Assembly (NCBI RefSeq): GCF_003334255.1
Contig: NZ_QOWU01000001.1
DNA: 64,000 nucleotides
Strand: one strand, 5' to 3'
Source of the DNA: Escherichia coli
GTDB lineage: Bacteria > Pseudomonadota > Gammaproteobacteria > Enterobacterales > Enterobacteriaceae
Shown here: one piece after another, positions 27,386-39,698 of the stretch
How positions within the stretch are numbered: the first letter of the stretch is position 1
Layout of the letters: every line of letters starts with the position of its first letter
Program-made: the position numbers and the translations under genes
Notes under the pieces: generated by a model
What the model was told of the DNA's origin: nothing
Database searches by the model: none
What the model saw: only the letters and a program-made list of their open reading frames with translations

Positions 27386-27395
27386 AAAACCAACC

Positions 27396-29825
27396 TTACG
27401 AATACTTTTTCGTCCGTCGCGTCGGTGCAGTATTTGCCGGGTCGTCCGGCCAGACATGTTTGGGATAACGCCCTTTCATCTCTTTTTGCACCTCACGGTA
27501 CGCTCCTTTCCAGAAGGCGCTCAAATCTCGTGTGATTTGTAATGGCCTTTGGGCAGGTGAAAGCAACTCCAGCACCAGCGGCACGCGCCCCTGGGCGATC
27601 GTCGGATTGGTGGCCTCGCCAAACATCTCTTGCATTCTCACCGCCAGCGCGGGCGGGTTATCTTCATGATAACGAATGGCGATCCGGCTTCCCGTCGGCA
27701 CAGTGTAATGCGCAGGCAATTCACTATCCAGACGTTGCTGCATTCCCCAATCAAGTAATCCGCGTAGTGCCTGATAAATGTCGAGTGATTTCAGGCCGCG
27801 TAGTGAATGTACGCCAGTCATATGTGGCAGCAGCCACGTTTCCAGCGCTGCCAATAAACTTTCATCATCAACCGCTGGCCAGTCATATTCCGGCAACCAC
27901 TTTGCGGCGCATAACAAACGCAAGCGTAGCTGTTCCGCTTCCGCCGTCCAGTTGAGCACGCTTAAACCTTTATCACGGATGCCATTAAGCATCGCCTGAT
28001 GCAACTCGTCTTCTGACGGTTTCGCCAGCGGCTGCATTTTCACCGTCAACTGACCGATTTGTAGCCGACGCCAGGCTTTCAGCGTACCTTGCGCGTCATC
28101 CCACTCCACAGTGTCAGACTGCTGTACCAGCTGCGGGCAGCGTTGTACTAACTCATCAATATCGACCAGCAGCGCCAGTAAAATCCGCGCATCCGGCGAG
28201 GCGCTGCCCTGCAATAATAACGGTGCGATCAACCATTCGTGGCGGCTTAGCGCGTCGTTGGCATCGAGCATCGCTCCCATGCCGTTTGCCAGTTGATAGC
28301 GTCCATCTTGCCCACGGCGACGAGCAATGCGATCGGCAAACGCCCCGGCAAGTAGCGGCGCGATAAGCGAACTGTCTGCCTCACCGCCACGTACGTTTAA
28401 GCGTTTTAACAGTTGCTGACTACGTTGCTGCCAGGCTGGTTGATTGCGCGAAAACGCCACGCCCAGGTCACTATTGCCCATCCGTGGCGGCTCTTCGAGA
28501 ATGGCGGCAATTTTTGCCGCGGTAGCAGCTTCGTCGTCGTTCTTCGCGCTAACCAGCATTGCCGCTAAACGCGGATCGTTACCCAGCGCTGCCATTTTTT
28601 GCCCTTGCGCACTAAGCCGTTCACCCTCCAGTGCCCCCAGCATTTGTAACAGACGTTTCGCGGCCAGTAGATTCACTACTGGCGGTTGATCCAGCCAGCT
28701 CATCTGCGCCGGATCGCTGCATCCCCATTGCAGTAATTCCATCAGCAAACCGGAAAGATCGCTTTGTAAGATCTCCGGTTCACTTTGCGCCGCGGCGCGT
28801 TCTGCTTGTTCTTTGGCGATTAAATGCAGGCTGATACCCGGCTCCAGACGCCCGGCGCGCCCGGCACGCTGCGTCATGGATGCCTGGCTAACGCGTTGAG
28901 TAATCAGTCGCGTAAGCCCCGTGCGCGGATCAAAACGCGCCACACGCTCCTGGGCACAATCCACCACCAGACGAATACCTTCAATGGTTAAACTGGTTTC
29001 AGCAATATTGGTCGCCAGCACCACTTTGCGCATCCCTTGCGGTGCCGGGAGGATCGCTTTTCGCTGATCGTTCAGCGACAACGCGCCATACAGCGGGCAG
29101 AGCAATACATCACTGCCGATGCGCGAAGCCAGTTGTTCCTGCACACGCTGAATTTCTCCGACGCCAGGTAAAAATAACAGTAATGATCCGCTTTCCTGAC
29201 GCAGCATTTCAGCGGTGGCTACCGCAACGGCATCGTCAAAACGCTGATGCGCGGGCAGCGGTAAATAACGGCGTTCAACCGGAAACGAGCGCCCTTCTGA
29301 GATGACGACAGGCGCTTCTGGCAGCATTTGCTGCAAGCGGTCGTTGTCCAGGGTAGCCGACATAATCAGCAGTTTAAGGTCATCACGCAGACCTTGTTGC
29401 ACATCGAGTAACAGCGCCAACGCCAAATCCGCCTGCAAGCTGCGCTCATGAAATTCATCAAGGATCACCAGTCCAACACCGCTCAGTTCCGGGTCACGCT
29501 GGATCATGCGCGTCAGCACGCCTTCGGTAACCACTTCCAGGCGGGTATTCGGCCCGACGCAGTTTTGCGCACGCATCCGGTAGCCAACGGTATCGCCTGG
29601 CTTTTCGTTAAGCAGCTCCGCCAGCCGTTGCGCGACGTTACGCGCCGCCAGACGACGCGGCTCCAGCAGGATAATTTTCCCGTTAATGCCGGGATGCGCC
29701 AGCAGTTGCAGCGGCAGCCAGGTTGATTTCCCGGCCCCGGTCGGCGCACTTAATAATACCTGCGGCGCACAATCGAGAGCGGTAAGTAATTCAGGTAAGA
29801 CGGCAGCAACGGGCAACGACGACAC
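27396..29825 (-). CDS. hrpB: ATP-dependent RNA helicase HrpB (DEAH-box)
   Basis: ORF-track entry 27396..29870 contains ...SSLPVAAVLPELLTALDCAPQVLLSAPTGAGKST...DEFHERS...; trimmed to a GTG start giving 809 aa. Confidence 0.9.
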   Translation of the reverse strand: MSSLPVAAVLPELLTALDCAPQVLLSAPTGAGKSTWLPLQLLAHPGINGKIILLEPRRLAARNVAQRLAELLNEKPGDTVGYRMRAQNCVGPNTRLEVVTEGVLTRMIQRDPELSGVGLVILDEFHERSLQADLALALLLDVQQGLRDDLKLLIMSATLDNDRLQQMLPEAPVVISEGRSFPVERRYLPLPAHQRFDDAVAVATAEMLRQESGSLLLFLPGVGEIQRVQEQLASRIGSDVLLCPLYGALSLNDQRKAILPAPQGMRKVVLATNIAETSLTIEGIRLVVDCAQERVARFDPRTGLTRLITQRVSQASMTQRAGRAGRLEPGISLHLIAKEQAERAAAQSEPEILQSDLSGLLMELLQWGCSDPAQMSWLDQPPVVNLLAAKRLLQMLGALEGERLSAQGQKMAALGNDPRLAAMLVSAKNDDEAATAAKIAAILEEPPRMGNSDLGVAFSRNQPAWQQRSQQLLKRLNVRGGEADSSLIAPLLAGAFADRIARRRGQDGRYQLANGMGAMLDANDALSRHEWLIAPLLLQGSASPDARILLALLVDIDELVQRCPQLVQQSDTVEWDDAQGTLKAWRRLQIGQLTVKMQPLAKPSEDELHQAMLNGIRDKGLSVLNWTAEAEQLRLRLLCAAKWLPEYDWPAVDDESLLAALETWLLPHMTGVHSLRGLKSLDIYQALRGLLDWGMQQRLDSELPAHYTVPTGSRIAIRYHEDNPPALAVRMQEMFGEATNPTIAQGRVPLVLELLSPAQRPLQITRDLSAFWKGAYREVQKEMKGRYPKHVWPDDPANTAPTRRTKKYS

Positions 29826-29898
29826 AAAACGCTCCAGAGGGTTAACATTCTTCGCGCCACATTGTAGCATCGCGGTAATTCATAACCGAGTGCCTCAC

Positions 29899-31148
<1,250 letters not shown>

Positions 31149-31325
31149 TAAAGTAAGTAACTGGTTAATTTACATTCTGGTCGCGTGCACAAATACGCTT
31201 TTCCTCACACAGTTGTCAAGTGTTACGTTTAGATAATTGCTATCCGGAAAAGCATCTGCTATTTATAGCGGCCTCATTTTTCCCCCGAACATGGGGATCG
31301 ATAGTGCGTGTTAAGGAGAAGCAAC

Positions 31326-31781
31326 ATGCAAGAAGGGCAAAACCGTAAAACATCGTCCCTGAGTATTCTCGCCATCGCTGGGGTGGAACCATATCAGGAG
31401 AAGCCGGGCGAAGAGTATATGAATGAAGCCCAGCTGGCGCACTTCCGTCGTATTCTGGAAGCATGGCGTAATCAACTCAGGGATGAAGTCGATCGCACCG
31501 TTACACATATGCAGGATGAAGCAGCCAACTTCCCGGACCCGGTAGACCGTGCAGCCCAGGAAGAAGAGTTCAGCCTCGAACTGCGTAACCGCGATCGCGA
31601 GCGTAAGCTGATCAAAAAGATCGAGAAGACGCTGAAAAAAGTGGAAGACGAAGATTTCGGCTACTGCGAATCCTGCGGTGTTGAAATTGGTATTCGCCGT
31701 CTGGAAGCGCGCCCGACAGCCGATCTGTGCATCGACTGCAAAACGCTGGCTGAAATTCGCGAAAAACAGATGGCTGGCTAA
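31326..31781 (+). CDS. dksA: RNA polymerase-binding transcription factor DksA
   Basis: ORF-track entry 31308..31781 contains [51 protein letters not shown]... with C4 zinc finger [25 protein letters not shown]; trimmed to 151 aa. Confidence 0.95.
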   Translation: MQEGQNRKTSSLSILAIAGVEPYQEKPGEEYMNEAQLAHFRRILEAWRNQLRDEVDRTVTHMQDEAANFPDPVDRAAQEEEFSLELRNRDRERKLIKKIEKTLKKVEDEDFGYCESCGVEIGIRRLEARPTADLCIDCKTLAEIREKQMAG

Positions 31782-31847
31782 TTACAGCCGTTCCATCACG
31801 TTTACCACAGGCGGGAAATGCTCCCGCCTTATTTTTTGTTCAAAGAG

Positions 31848-32744
31848 ATGACAGACACACAGTATATTGGCCGCTTCGCCCCCTCTCCTTCCGGCGAGCT
31901 TCATTTTGGCTCTCTGATCGCCGCGCTCGGCAGCTATTTGCAGGCTCGCGCCCGGCAAGGTCGCTGGCTGGTACGCATAGAAGATATCGACCCGCCTCGT
32001 GAAGTTCCCGGTGCCGCAGAAACTATCCTGCGCCAGCTGGAACATTACGGTCTGCACTGGGACGGCGATGTTCTCTGGCAATCGCAACGTCACGACGCCT
32101 ATCGTGAAGCACTCGCCTGGTTACATGAACAAGGACTAAGTTATTACTGCACCTGTACGCGTGCGCGTATTCAAAGCATTGGCGGTATTTACGACGGTCA
32201 TTGCCGGGTGTTGCATCATGGACCAGACAACGCCGCAGTGCGTATCCGCCAGCAGCATCCGGTCACGCAATTTACTGACCAGCTGCGCGGCATTATTCAC
32301 GCCGACGAAAAACTGGCACGGGAAGATTTTATCATTCATCGCCGTGATGGGTTGTTCGCCTACAACCTGGCTGTTGTGGTTGATGATCATTTCCAGGGCG
32401 TTACAGAAATAGTGCGTGGGGCTGATCTGATTGAACCAACAGTAAGGCAAATCTCGCTGTACCAGCTTTTTGGCTGGAAAGTGCCAGATTACATTCATCT
32501 GCCGCTGGCGCTTAATCCACAAGGCGCTAAACTTTCCAAGCAGAATCATGCGCCTGCGTTGCCGAAAGGCGATCCACGCCCGGTACTAATCGCGGCACTT
32601 CAATTTCTGGGGCAGCAGGCAGAAGCACACTGGCAGGATTTCAGCGTCGAGCAAATCCTTCAGTCAGCCGTCAAAAACTGGCGGCTTACCGCCGTGCCCG
32701 AGTCGGCAATTGTAAATTCAACATTCTCAAATGCGTCATGCTGA
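31848..32744 (+). CDS. gluQ: Glutamyl-Q tRNA(Asp) synthetase
   Basis: ORF-track entry 31818..32744 contains [35 protein letters not shown]...; start could be either 31818 or the ATG at 31848. Confidence 0.85.
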   Translation: MTDTQYIGRFAPSPSGELHFGSLIAALGSYLQARARQGRWLVRIEDIDPPREVPGAAETILRQLEHYGLHWDGDVLWQSQRHDAYREALAWLHEQGLSYYCTCTRARIQSIGGIYDGHCRVLHHGPDNAAVRIRQQHPVTQFTDQLRGIIHADEKLAREDFIIHRRDGLFAYNLAVVVDDHFQGVTEIVRGADLIEPTVRQISLYQLFGWKVPDYIHLPLALNPQGAKLSKQNHAPALPKGDPRPVLIAALQFLGQQAEAHWQDFSVEQILQSAVKNWRLTAVPESAIVNSTFSNASC

Positions 32745-32803
32745 GCTATGATTAGCCGCTATTTTTTTGTCCTGAATGATGTTTGACACTACCGAGGTGT
32801 ACT

Positions 32804-34201
32804 ATTTTTACCCGAGTCGCTAATTTTTGCCGCAAGGTGCTAAGCCGCGAGGAAAGCGAGGCTGAACAGGCAGTCGCCCGTCCACAGGTGACGGTGATCC
32901 CGCGTGAGCAGCATGCTATTTCCCGCAAAGATATCAGTGAAAATGCCCTGAAGGTAATGTACAGGCTCAATAAAGCGGGATACGAAGCCTGGCTGGTTGG
33001 CGGCGGCGTGCGCGACCTGTTACTTGGCAAAAAGCCGAAAGATTTTGACGTAACCACTAACGCCACGCCTGAGCAGGTGCGCAAACTGTTCCGTAACTGC
33101 CGCCTGGTGGGTCGCCGTTTCCGTCTGGCTCATGTAATGTTTGGCCCGGAGATTATCGAAGTTGCGACCTTCCGTGGACACCACGAAGGTAACGTCAGCG
33201 ACCGCACGACCTCCCAACGCGGGCAAAACGGCATGTTGCTGCGCGACAACATTTTCGGCTCCATCGAAGAAGACGCCCAGCGCCGCGATTTCACTATCAA
33301 CAGCCTGTATTACAGCGTAGCGGATTTTACCGTCCGTGATTACGTTGGCGGCATGAAGGATCTGAAGGACGGCGTTATCCGTCTGATTGGTAACCCGGAA
33401 ACGCGCTACCGTGAAGATCCGGTACGTATGCTGCGCGCGGTACGTTTTGCCGCCAAATTGGGTATGCGCATCAGCCCGGAAACCGCAGAACCGATCCCTC
33501 GCCTCGCTACCCTGCTGAACGATATCCCACCGGCACGCCTGTTTGAAGAATCGCTTAAACTGCTACAAGCGGGCTACGGTTACGAAACCTATAAGCTGTT
33601 GTGTGAATATCATCTGTTCCAGCCGCTGTTCCCGACCATTACCCGCTACTTCACGGAAAATGGCGACAGCCCGATGGAGCGGATCATTGAACAGGTGCTG
33701 AAGAATACCGATACGCGTATCCATAACGATATGCGCGTGAACCCGGCGTTCCTGTTTGCCGCCATGTTCTGGTACCCACTGCTGGAGACGGCACAGAAGA
33801 TCGCCCAGGAAAGCGGCCTGACCTATCACGACGCTTTCGCGCTGGCGATGAACGACGTGCTGGACGAAGCCTGCCGTTCACTGGCAATCCCGAAACGTCT
33901 GACGACATTAACCCGCGATATCTGGCAGTTGCAGTTGCGTATGTCCCGTCGTCAGGGTAAACGCGCATGGAAACTGCTGGAGCATCCTAAGTTCCGTGCG
34001 GCTTATGACCTGTTGGCCTTGCGAGCTGAAGTTGAGCGTAACGCTGAACTGCAGCGTCTGGTGAAATGGTGGGGTGAGTTCCAGGTTTCCGCGCCACCAG
34101 ACCAAAAAGGGATGCTCAACGAGCTGGATGAAGAACCGTCACCGCGTCGTCGTACTCGTCGTCCACGCAAACGCGCACCACGTCGTGAGGGTACCGCATG
34201 A
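32804..34201 (+). CDS. pcnB: Poly(A) polymerase I
   Basis: Frame contains (I)[35 protein letters not shown]...[20 protein letters not shown]; no in-frame ATG near the N-terminus, so start placed at the ATT at 32804 (the ORF track begins at TTG 32783). Confidence 0.88.
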
Positions 34202-34677
34202 CAGTGGCGTATATTGCCATAGGCAGCAATCTGGCCTCTCCGCTGGAGCAGGTCAATGCTGCCCTGAAAGCATTAGGCGATATCCCTGAAAGCCACATTC
34301 TTACCGTTTCTTCGTTTTACCGCACCCCACCGCTGGGGCCGCAAGATCAACCCGATTACTTAAACGCAGCCGTGGCGCTGGAAACCTCTCTTGCACCTGA
34401 AGAGCTACTCAATCACACACAGCGTATTGAATTGCAGCAAGGTCGCGTCCGCAAAGCTGAACGCTGGGGACCACGCACGCTGGATCTCGACATCATGCTG
34501 TTTGGTAATGAAGTGATAAATACTGAACGCCTGACCGTTCCGCACTACGATATGAAGAATCGTGGATTTATGCTGTGGCCGCTGTTTGAAATCGCGCCGG
34601 AGTTGGTGTTTCCTGATGGGGAGATGTTGCGTCAAATCTTACATACAAGAGCATTTGACAAATTAAACAAATGGTAA
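34198..34677 (+). CDS. folK: 2-amino-4-hydroxy-6-hydroxymethyldihydropteridine pyrophosphokinase
   Basis: 159-aa [68 protein letters not shown]...; its ATG overlaps the pcnB stop (ATGA). Confidence 0.95.
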
Positions 34678-35046
34678 TTTATTTATATTGCGAATATAAA
34701 TATTTTCTGAAAATCATATCTCATCTCTTTCCTTAATTACGATTTTAGTTTAAACATCTCTTTGCGGAAATAATATAACTTCCTATAAATAAATATCAAT
34801 CCCATCTCCATACCCTAACCAATTGCACTTGTGAACTTATTTTTACTTAATTTTGAATTAAGTAAATTTAATTTGTTCAAAAGCTTCTAAAGTGCACAAT
34901 AGGCGACCTAATGAACAATGGTTGTAAATTTGGGTAACAAATATCATTGCTCATTAATATCTAACATTTGTTTCTCCTATTTGTGTCATGAATAGTCATT
35001 CTTCAAACATGTAGTCTGACTAATGGAATTTTATTAAAGGATTTTT

Positions 35047-35631
35047 ATGTCTAAAAAATTAGGTTTTGCCCTGTCTGGTCTTATGCTGGCGATGGTTGCA
35101 GGTACTGCTTCTGCTGATATGGACGGCGGTCAGTTAAATATCAGTGGTCTGGTTGTTGATAACACCTGTGAAACCCGCGTTGACGGCGGTAACAAGGATG
35201 GTCTGATCCTGCTGCAAACCGCAACCGTTGGTGAAATCGATGCTGGCGTACTGAATGACACCGTTGGCGCTAAAGCTAAACCTTTCAGCATCACCGTTGA
35301 CTGCAGCAAAGCAAATCCGAATCCAGGTAGCACGGCTAAAATGACCTTCGGTTCTGTTTTCTTTGGTAACAGCAAAGGGACTTTGAACAACGACATGTCT
35401 ATTAACAACCCATCTGACGGCGTTAATATCGCTCTACACAATATTGATGGTTCCACTATCAAACAGGTTCAAATTAACAACCCTGGCGATGTGTATACTA
35501 AAGCCCTGGATGCAACGACAAAATCTGCTGTTTATGATTTTAAAGCGTCTTACGTTCGTGCCGTCGCAGACCAAACAGCAACTGCTGGTTATGTAAAAAC
35601 TAACACTGCATACACCATTACTTATCAGTAA
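35047..35631 (+). CDS. yadN: Fimbrial major subunit-like protein
   Basis: 194-aa ORF with signal peptide [23 protein letters not shown] and C-terminal ...[10 protein letters not shown] typical of chaperone-usher pilins; first gene after an AT-rich leader. Confidence 0.85.
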
Positions 35632-35728
35632 GTATTCACCAGTTAAATTGATTGAATGAATATACAGGGAATAATAATTTCTATTTTATATTATTCCCTG
35701 TTTTAATTAACTCTATCAGGGATGGTTT

Positions 35729-36469
35729 ATGTTTTTTAACACCAAACATACAACAGCTTTATGCTTCGTAACCTGTATGGCTTTTAGTTCATCGTCTATT
35801 GCGGACATTGTCATTTCGGGTACTCGCGTAATATATAAAAGCGATCAAAAAAGTGTCAACGTACGTCTGGAAAATAAAGGGAATAACCCGTTGCTTGTCC
35901 AGAGTTGGTTAGATACTGGCGATGACAACGCTGAGCCTGGCAGTATTACAGTCCCTTTTACTGCTACGCCGCCAGTATCGCGTATTGATGCCAAACGTGG
36001 GCAAACAATCAAATTAATGTACACAGCCAGCACCTCACTGCCTAAAGACAGAGAGAGCGTGTTCTGGTTTAACGTACTGGAAGTTCCACCAAAACCAGAT
36101 GCAGAAAAGGTCGCGAATCAAAGCCTGCTGCAACTGGCATTTCGCACACGTATAAAACTTTTCTATCGCCCGGATGGATTGAAGGGAAATCCCTCTGAAG
36201 CCCCGTTAGCCCTGAAGTGGTTCTGGTCAGGTTCAGAAGGTAAGGCGTCATTACGAGTGACCAATCCAACCCCTTACTACGTCTCTTTTAGCAGTGGTGA
36301 TTTAGAAGCTAGCGGTAAACGCTATCCGATTGATGTGAAAATGATTGCACCATTTAGTGATGAGGTCATGAAAGTCAATGGCCTTAATGGCAAAGCGAAT
36401 TCTGCAAAAGTGCATTTTTACGCCATTAATGACTTTGGTGGCGCAATTGAAGGTAATGCCAGGCTGTAA
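35729..36469 (+). CDS. yadV: Periplasmic fimbrial chaperone (PapD-like)
   Basis: 246-aa ORF with signal peptide and a conserved PapD-fold motif (...RVIYKSDQKSVNVRLENKGNNPLLVQSW...). Confidence 0.9.
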   Translation: MFFNTKHTTALCFVTCMAFSSSSIADIVISGTRVIYKSDQKSVNVRLENKGNNPLLVQSWLDTGDDNAEPGSITVPFTATPPVSRIDAKRGQTIKLMYTASTSLPKDRESVFWFNVLEVPPKPDAEKVANQSLLQLAFRTRIKLFYRPDGLKGNPSEAPLALKWFWSGSEGKASLRVTNPTPYYVSFSSGDLEASGKRYPIDVKMIAPFSDEVMKVNGLNGKANSAKVHFYAINDFGGAIEGNARL

Positions 36470-36503
36470 TCAGGCAAGGATATAATTCCGCAGGAAGCAT
36501 AGC

Positions 36504-39101
36504 GTGACTATAGAATATACTAAAAATTATCATCATCTGACCCGTATCGCCACGTTTTGCGCGCTGCTGTATTGCAATACTGCTTTCAGTGCTGAACTCG
36601 TTGAATATGACCATACCTTCCTGATGGGGCAGAATGCATCTAATATTGATCTCAGCCGGTACAGTGAAGGTAACCCCGCTATACCGGGTGTTTACGACGT
36701 CAGTGTTTATGTAAACGACCAACCAATCATTAACCAAAGTATTACATTTGTCGCAATTGAAGGAAAAAAGAACGCCCAGGCTTGTATCACATTAAAGAAT
36801 TTATTGCAGTTTCATATTAATTCTCCCGATATAAATAACGAAAAAGCCGTTCTGCTTGCCAGGGATGAAACGCTCGGCAATTGCCTCAATTTGACGGAAA
36901 TTATCCCTCAGGCTTCTGTTCGTTATGACGTTAACGATCAACGTCTGGATATAGACGTTCCTCAAGCCTGGGTAATGAAAAATTACCAAAACTATGTTGA
37001 TCCATCGTTATGGGAAAACGGCATTAATGCGGCCATGTTGTCATACAACCTCAACGGATATCATAGTGAAACCCCTGGTCGAAAAAATGAAAGCATTTAT
37101 GCTGCATTTAACGGTGGGATGAATTTAGGTGCATGGCGACTGCGTGCCTCGGGCAACTACAACTGGATGACCGATTCTGGCAGTAATTATGATTTTAAGA
37201 ATCGGTATGTTCAGCGTGATATCGCCTCGCTGCGTTCTCAACTCATTCTTGGTGAGTCTTATACGACGGGCGAAACCTTTGATTCCGTCAGTATCCGAGG
37301 CATTCGTTTATACAGTGACAGCCGCATGTTGCCTCCGACTTTAGCCAGCTTTGCGCCTATCATTCATGGCGTTGCCAATACCAACGCCAAAGTCACTATT
37401 ACGCAAGGTGGCTATAAGATTTATGAAACGACGGTGCCGCCAGGCGCTTTCGTCATTGATGATCTGAGTCCGTCAGGGTACGGCAGCGAGCTTATTGTTA
37501 CCATCGAAGAATCCGATGGCTCAAAGCGGACATTCTCGCAACCTTTCTCATCCGTTGTTCAAATGTTACGCCCTGGCGTTGGACGTTGGGATATTAGCGG
37601 CGGTCAGGTCTTAAAAGATGATATTCAGGATGAGCCTAATTTATTTCAAGCAAGCTACTACTACGGCCTGAATAACTATCTGACGGGTTATACCGGTATT
37701 CAGATAACCGATAATAACTATACCGCTGGTTTGTTAGGTCTTGGTCTGAATACTTCAGTTGGTGCATTTTCTTTCGATGTGACTCATTCCAATGTTCGTA
37801 TCCCGGATGATAAAACATACCAGGGGCAAAGTTATCGTGTTTCCTGGAACAAGTTATTCGAAGAAACAAGTACTTCACTGAATATCGCGGCCTATCGCTA
37901 TTCGACACAGAATTACCTTGGTCTTAATGATGCACTAACTCTAATTGATGAAGTGAAACATCCCGAACAAGATCTTGAACCGAAATCCATGCGTAATTAC
38001 TCACGCATGAAAAATCAGGTTACGGTCAGTATTAACCAACCGTTGAAATTTGAGAAAAAAGATTACGGTTCATTTTATCTTTCCGGAAGTTGGTCCGATT
38101 ACTGGGCTTCCGGACAAAATCGTAGCAATTACTCTATTGGCTACAGTAACAGTACATCCTGGGGCAGCTACAGTGTCAGTGCCCAGCGTTCATGGAATGA
38201 AGACGGCGACACTGACGATAGCGTTTATCTTAGTTTCACCATTCCAATTGAAAAATTACTTGGCACTGAACAACGTACTTCAGGTTTCCAGAGTATTGAT
38301 ACTCAAATAAGCAGTGACTTTAAGGGTAATAACCAACTCAACGTTAGCAGCAGTGGCTATAGCGATAACGCTCGCGTCAGTTATAGCGTGAATACTGGCT
38401 ATACGATGAATAAAGCCAGCAAAGATTTGAGTTATGTTGGGGGTTATGCCAGCTATGAGTCACCATTGGGAACGCTGGCAGGTTCAATTTCTGCAAATAG
38501 CGATAACAGCCGTCAAGTTTCTCTCAGCACCGACGGTGGTTTTGTATTGCATAGCGGTGGACTGACTTTCAGTAATGATAGTTTTAGCGACTCCGATACA
38601 CTGGCGGTAGTTCAGGCTCCAGGTGCTCAAGGAGCGCGAATAAATTATGGCAACAGTACTATCGATCGATGGGGTTATGGTGTCACCAGCGCTCTTTCTC
38701 CTTATCATGAAAACCGTATCGCGCTGGATATCAACGATCTTGAGAACGATGTTGAATTAAAAAGTACCAGTGCAGTAGCTGTACCGCGTCAGGGTTCAGT
38801 CGTCTTTGCTGATTTTGAAACCGTGCAAGGGCAATCAGCCATTATGAACATCACACGAAGTGATGGTAAAAATATTCCATTTGCTGCAGATATTTATGAT
38901 GAGCAAGGCAATGTCATTGGTAATGTTGGACAGGGTGGACAAGCATTTGTTCGTGGTATTGAGCAGCAGGGAAATATCAGCATTAAATGGCTCGAACAAA
39001 GTAAACCCGTAAGTTGTCTTGCGCATTATCAACAAAGCCCAGAAGCAGAAAAAATAGCACAATCTATTATTCTGAATGGAATTCGGTGTCAGATTCAGTA
39101 A
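36504..39101 (+). CDS. htrE: Outer-membrane fimbrial usher
   Basis: 865-aa ORF; size and position between the chaperone and minor pilin genes fit a PapC/FimD-type usher. Confidence 0.9.
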   Translation: MTIEYTKNYHHLTRIATFCALLYCNTAFSAELVEYDHTFLMGQNASNIDLSRYSEGNPAIPGVYDVSVYVNDQPIINQSITFVAIEGKKNAQACITLKNLLQFHINSPDINNEKAVLLARDETLGNCLNLTEIIPQASVRYDVNDQRLDIDVPQAWVMKNYQNYVDPSLWENGINAAMLSYNLNGYHSETPGRKNESIYAAFNGGMNLGAWRLRASGNYNWMTDSGSNYDFKNRYVQRDIASLRSQLILGESYTTGETFDSVSIRGIRLYSDSRMLPPTLASFAPIIHGVANTNAKVTITQGGYKIYETTVPPGAFVIDDLSPSGYGSELIVTIEESDGSKRTFSQPFSSVVQMLRPGVGRWDISGGQVLKDDIQDEPNLFQASYYYGLNNYLTGYTGIQITDNNYTAGLLGLGLNTSVGAFSFDVTHSNVRIPDDKTYQGQSYRVSWNKLFEETSTSLNIAAYRYSTQNYLGLNDALTLIDEVKHPEQDLEPKSMRNYSRMKNQVTVSINQPLKFEKKDYGSFYLSGSWSDYWASGQNRSNYSIGYSNSTSWGSYSVSAQRSWNEDGDTDDSVYLSFTIPIEKLLGTEQRTSGFQSIDTQISSDFKGNNQLNVSSSGYSDNARVSYSVNTGYTMNKASKDLSYVGGYASYESPLGTLAGSISANSDNSRQVSLSTDGGFVLHSGGLTFSNDSFSDSDTLAVVQAPGAQGARINYGNSTIDRWGYGVTSALSPYHENRIALDINDLENDVELKSTSAVAVPRQGSVVFADFETVQGQSAIMNITRSDGKNIPFAADIYDEQGNVIGNVGQGGQAFVRGIEQQGNISIKWLEQSKPVSCLAHYQQSPEAEKIAQSIILNGIRCQIQ

Positions 39102-39117
39102 CTACAAGGGACGTCAA

Positions 39118-39687
39118 ATGATAAAAACAACGCCACATAAAATAGTGATACTGATGGGAATATTATTATCACCCTCAGTATTTGCAACGGATATTAATGT
39201 AGAGTTTACAGCCACTGTCAAAGCGACAACCTGTAACATCACACTTACTGGTAATAACGTCACGAATGATGGCAATAATAACTACACATTGAGAATCCCT
39301 AAGATGGGTCTGGATAAGATCGCGAATAAAACGACAGAATCTCAGGCTGATTTTAAACTGGTTGCCAGTGGGTGCAGCAGTGGCATCAGTTGGATTGATA
39401 CCACTCTGACCGGAAATGCATCATCAAGCTCACCTAAGCTTATTATACCGCAGTCTGGTGATTCATCTTCGACGACAAGTAATATCGGTATGGGTTTCAA
39501 AAAACGGACTACTGATGATGCCACTTTCCTTAAACCTAACAGTGCGGAAAAGATACGCTGGAGCACAGACGAGATGCAGCCCGATAAGGGTCTTGAAATG
39601 ACCGTTGCGCTACGTGAAACAGATGCAGGGCAAGGCGTACCGGGGAATTTTCGTGCACTGGCGACGTTTAATTTCATCTATCAATAA
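39118..39687 (+). CDS. yadM: Fimbrial minor subunit-like protein
   Basis: ORF-track entry 39076..39687 contains MIKTTPHKIVILMGILLSPSVFATDINVEFTATVKATTCNI...; trimmed to 189 aa. Confidence 0.8.
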   Translation: MIKTTPHKIVILMGILLSPSVFATDINVEFTATVKATTCNITLTGNNVTNDGNNNYTLRIPKMGLDKIANKTTESQADFKLVASGCSSGISWIDTTLTGNASSSSPKLIIPQSGDSSSTTSNIGMGFKKRTTDDATFLKPNSAEKIRWSTDEMQPDKGLEMTVALRETDAGQGVPGNFRALATFNFIYQ

Positions 39688-39698
39688 GAAGGATAATT

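Noticed and set aside
27131-27542. Small ORFs (60-119 aa) spanning the palindromic repeat between hrpB and mrcB
   Set aside because: Their translations are dominated by the GC-rich palindromes (e.g. ...LTLTLSLKGEG...) and they overlap each other on both strands; this is a non-coding repeat element.
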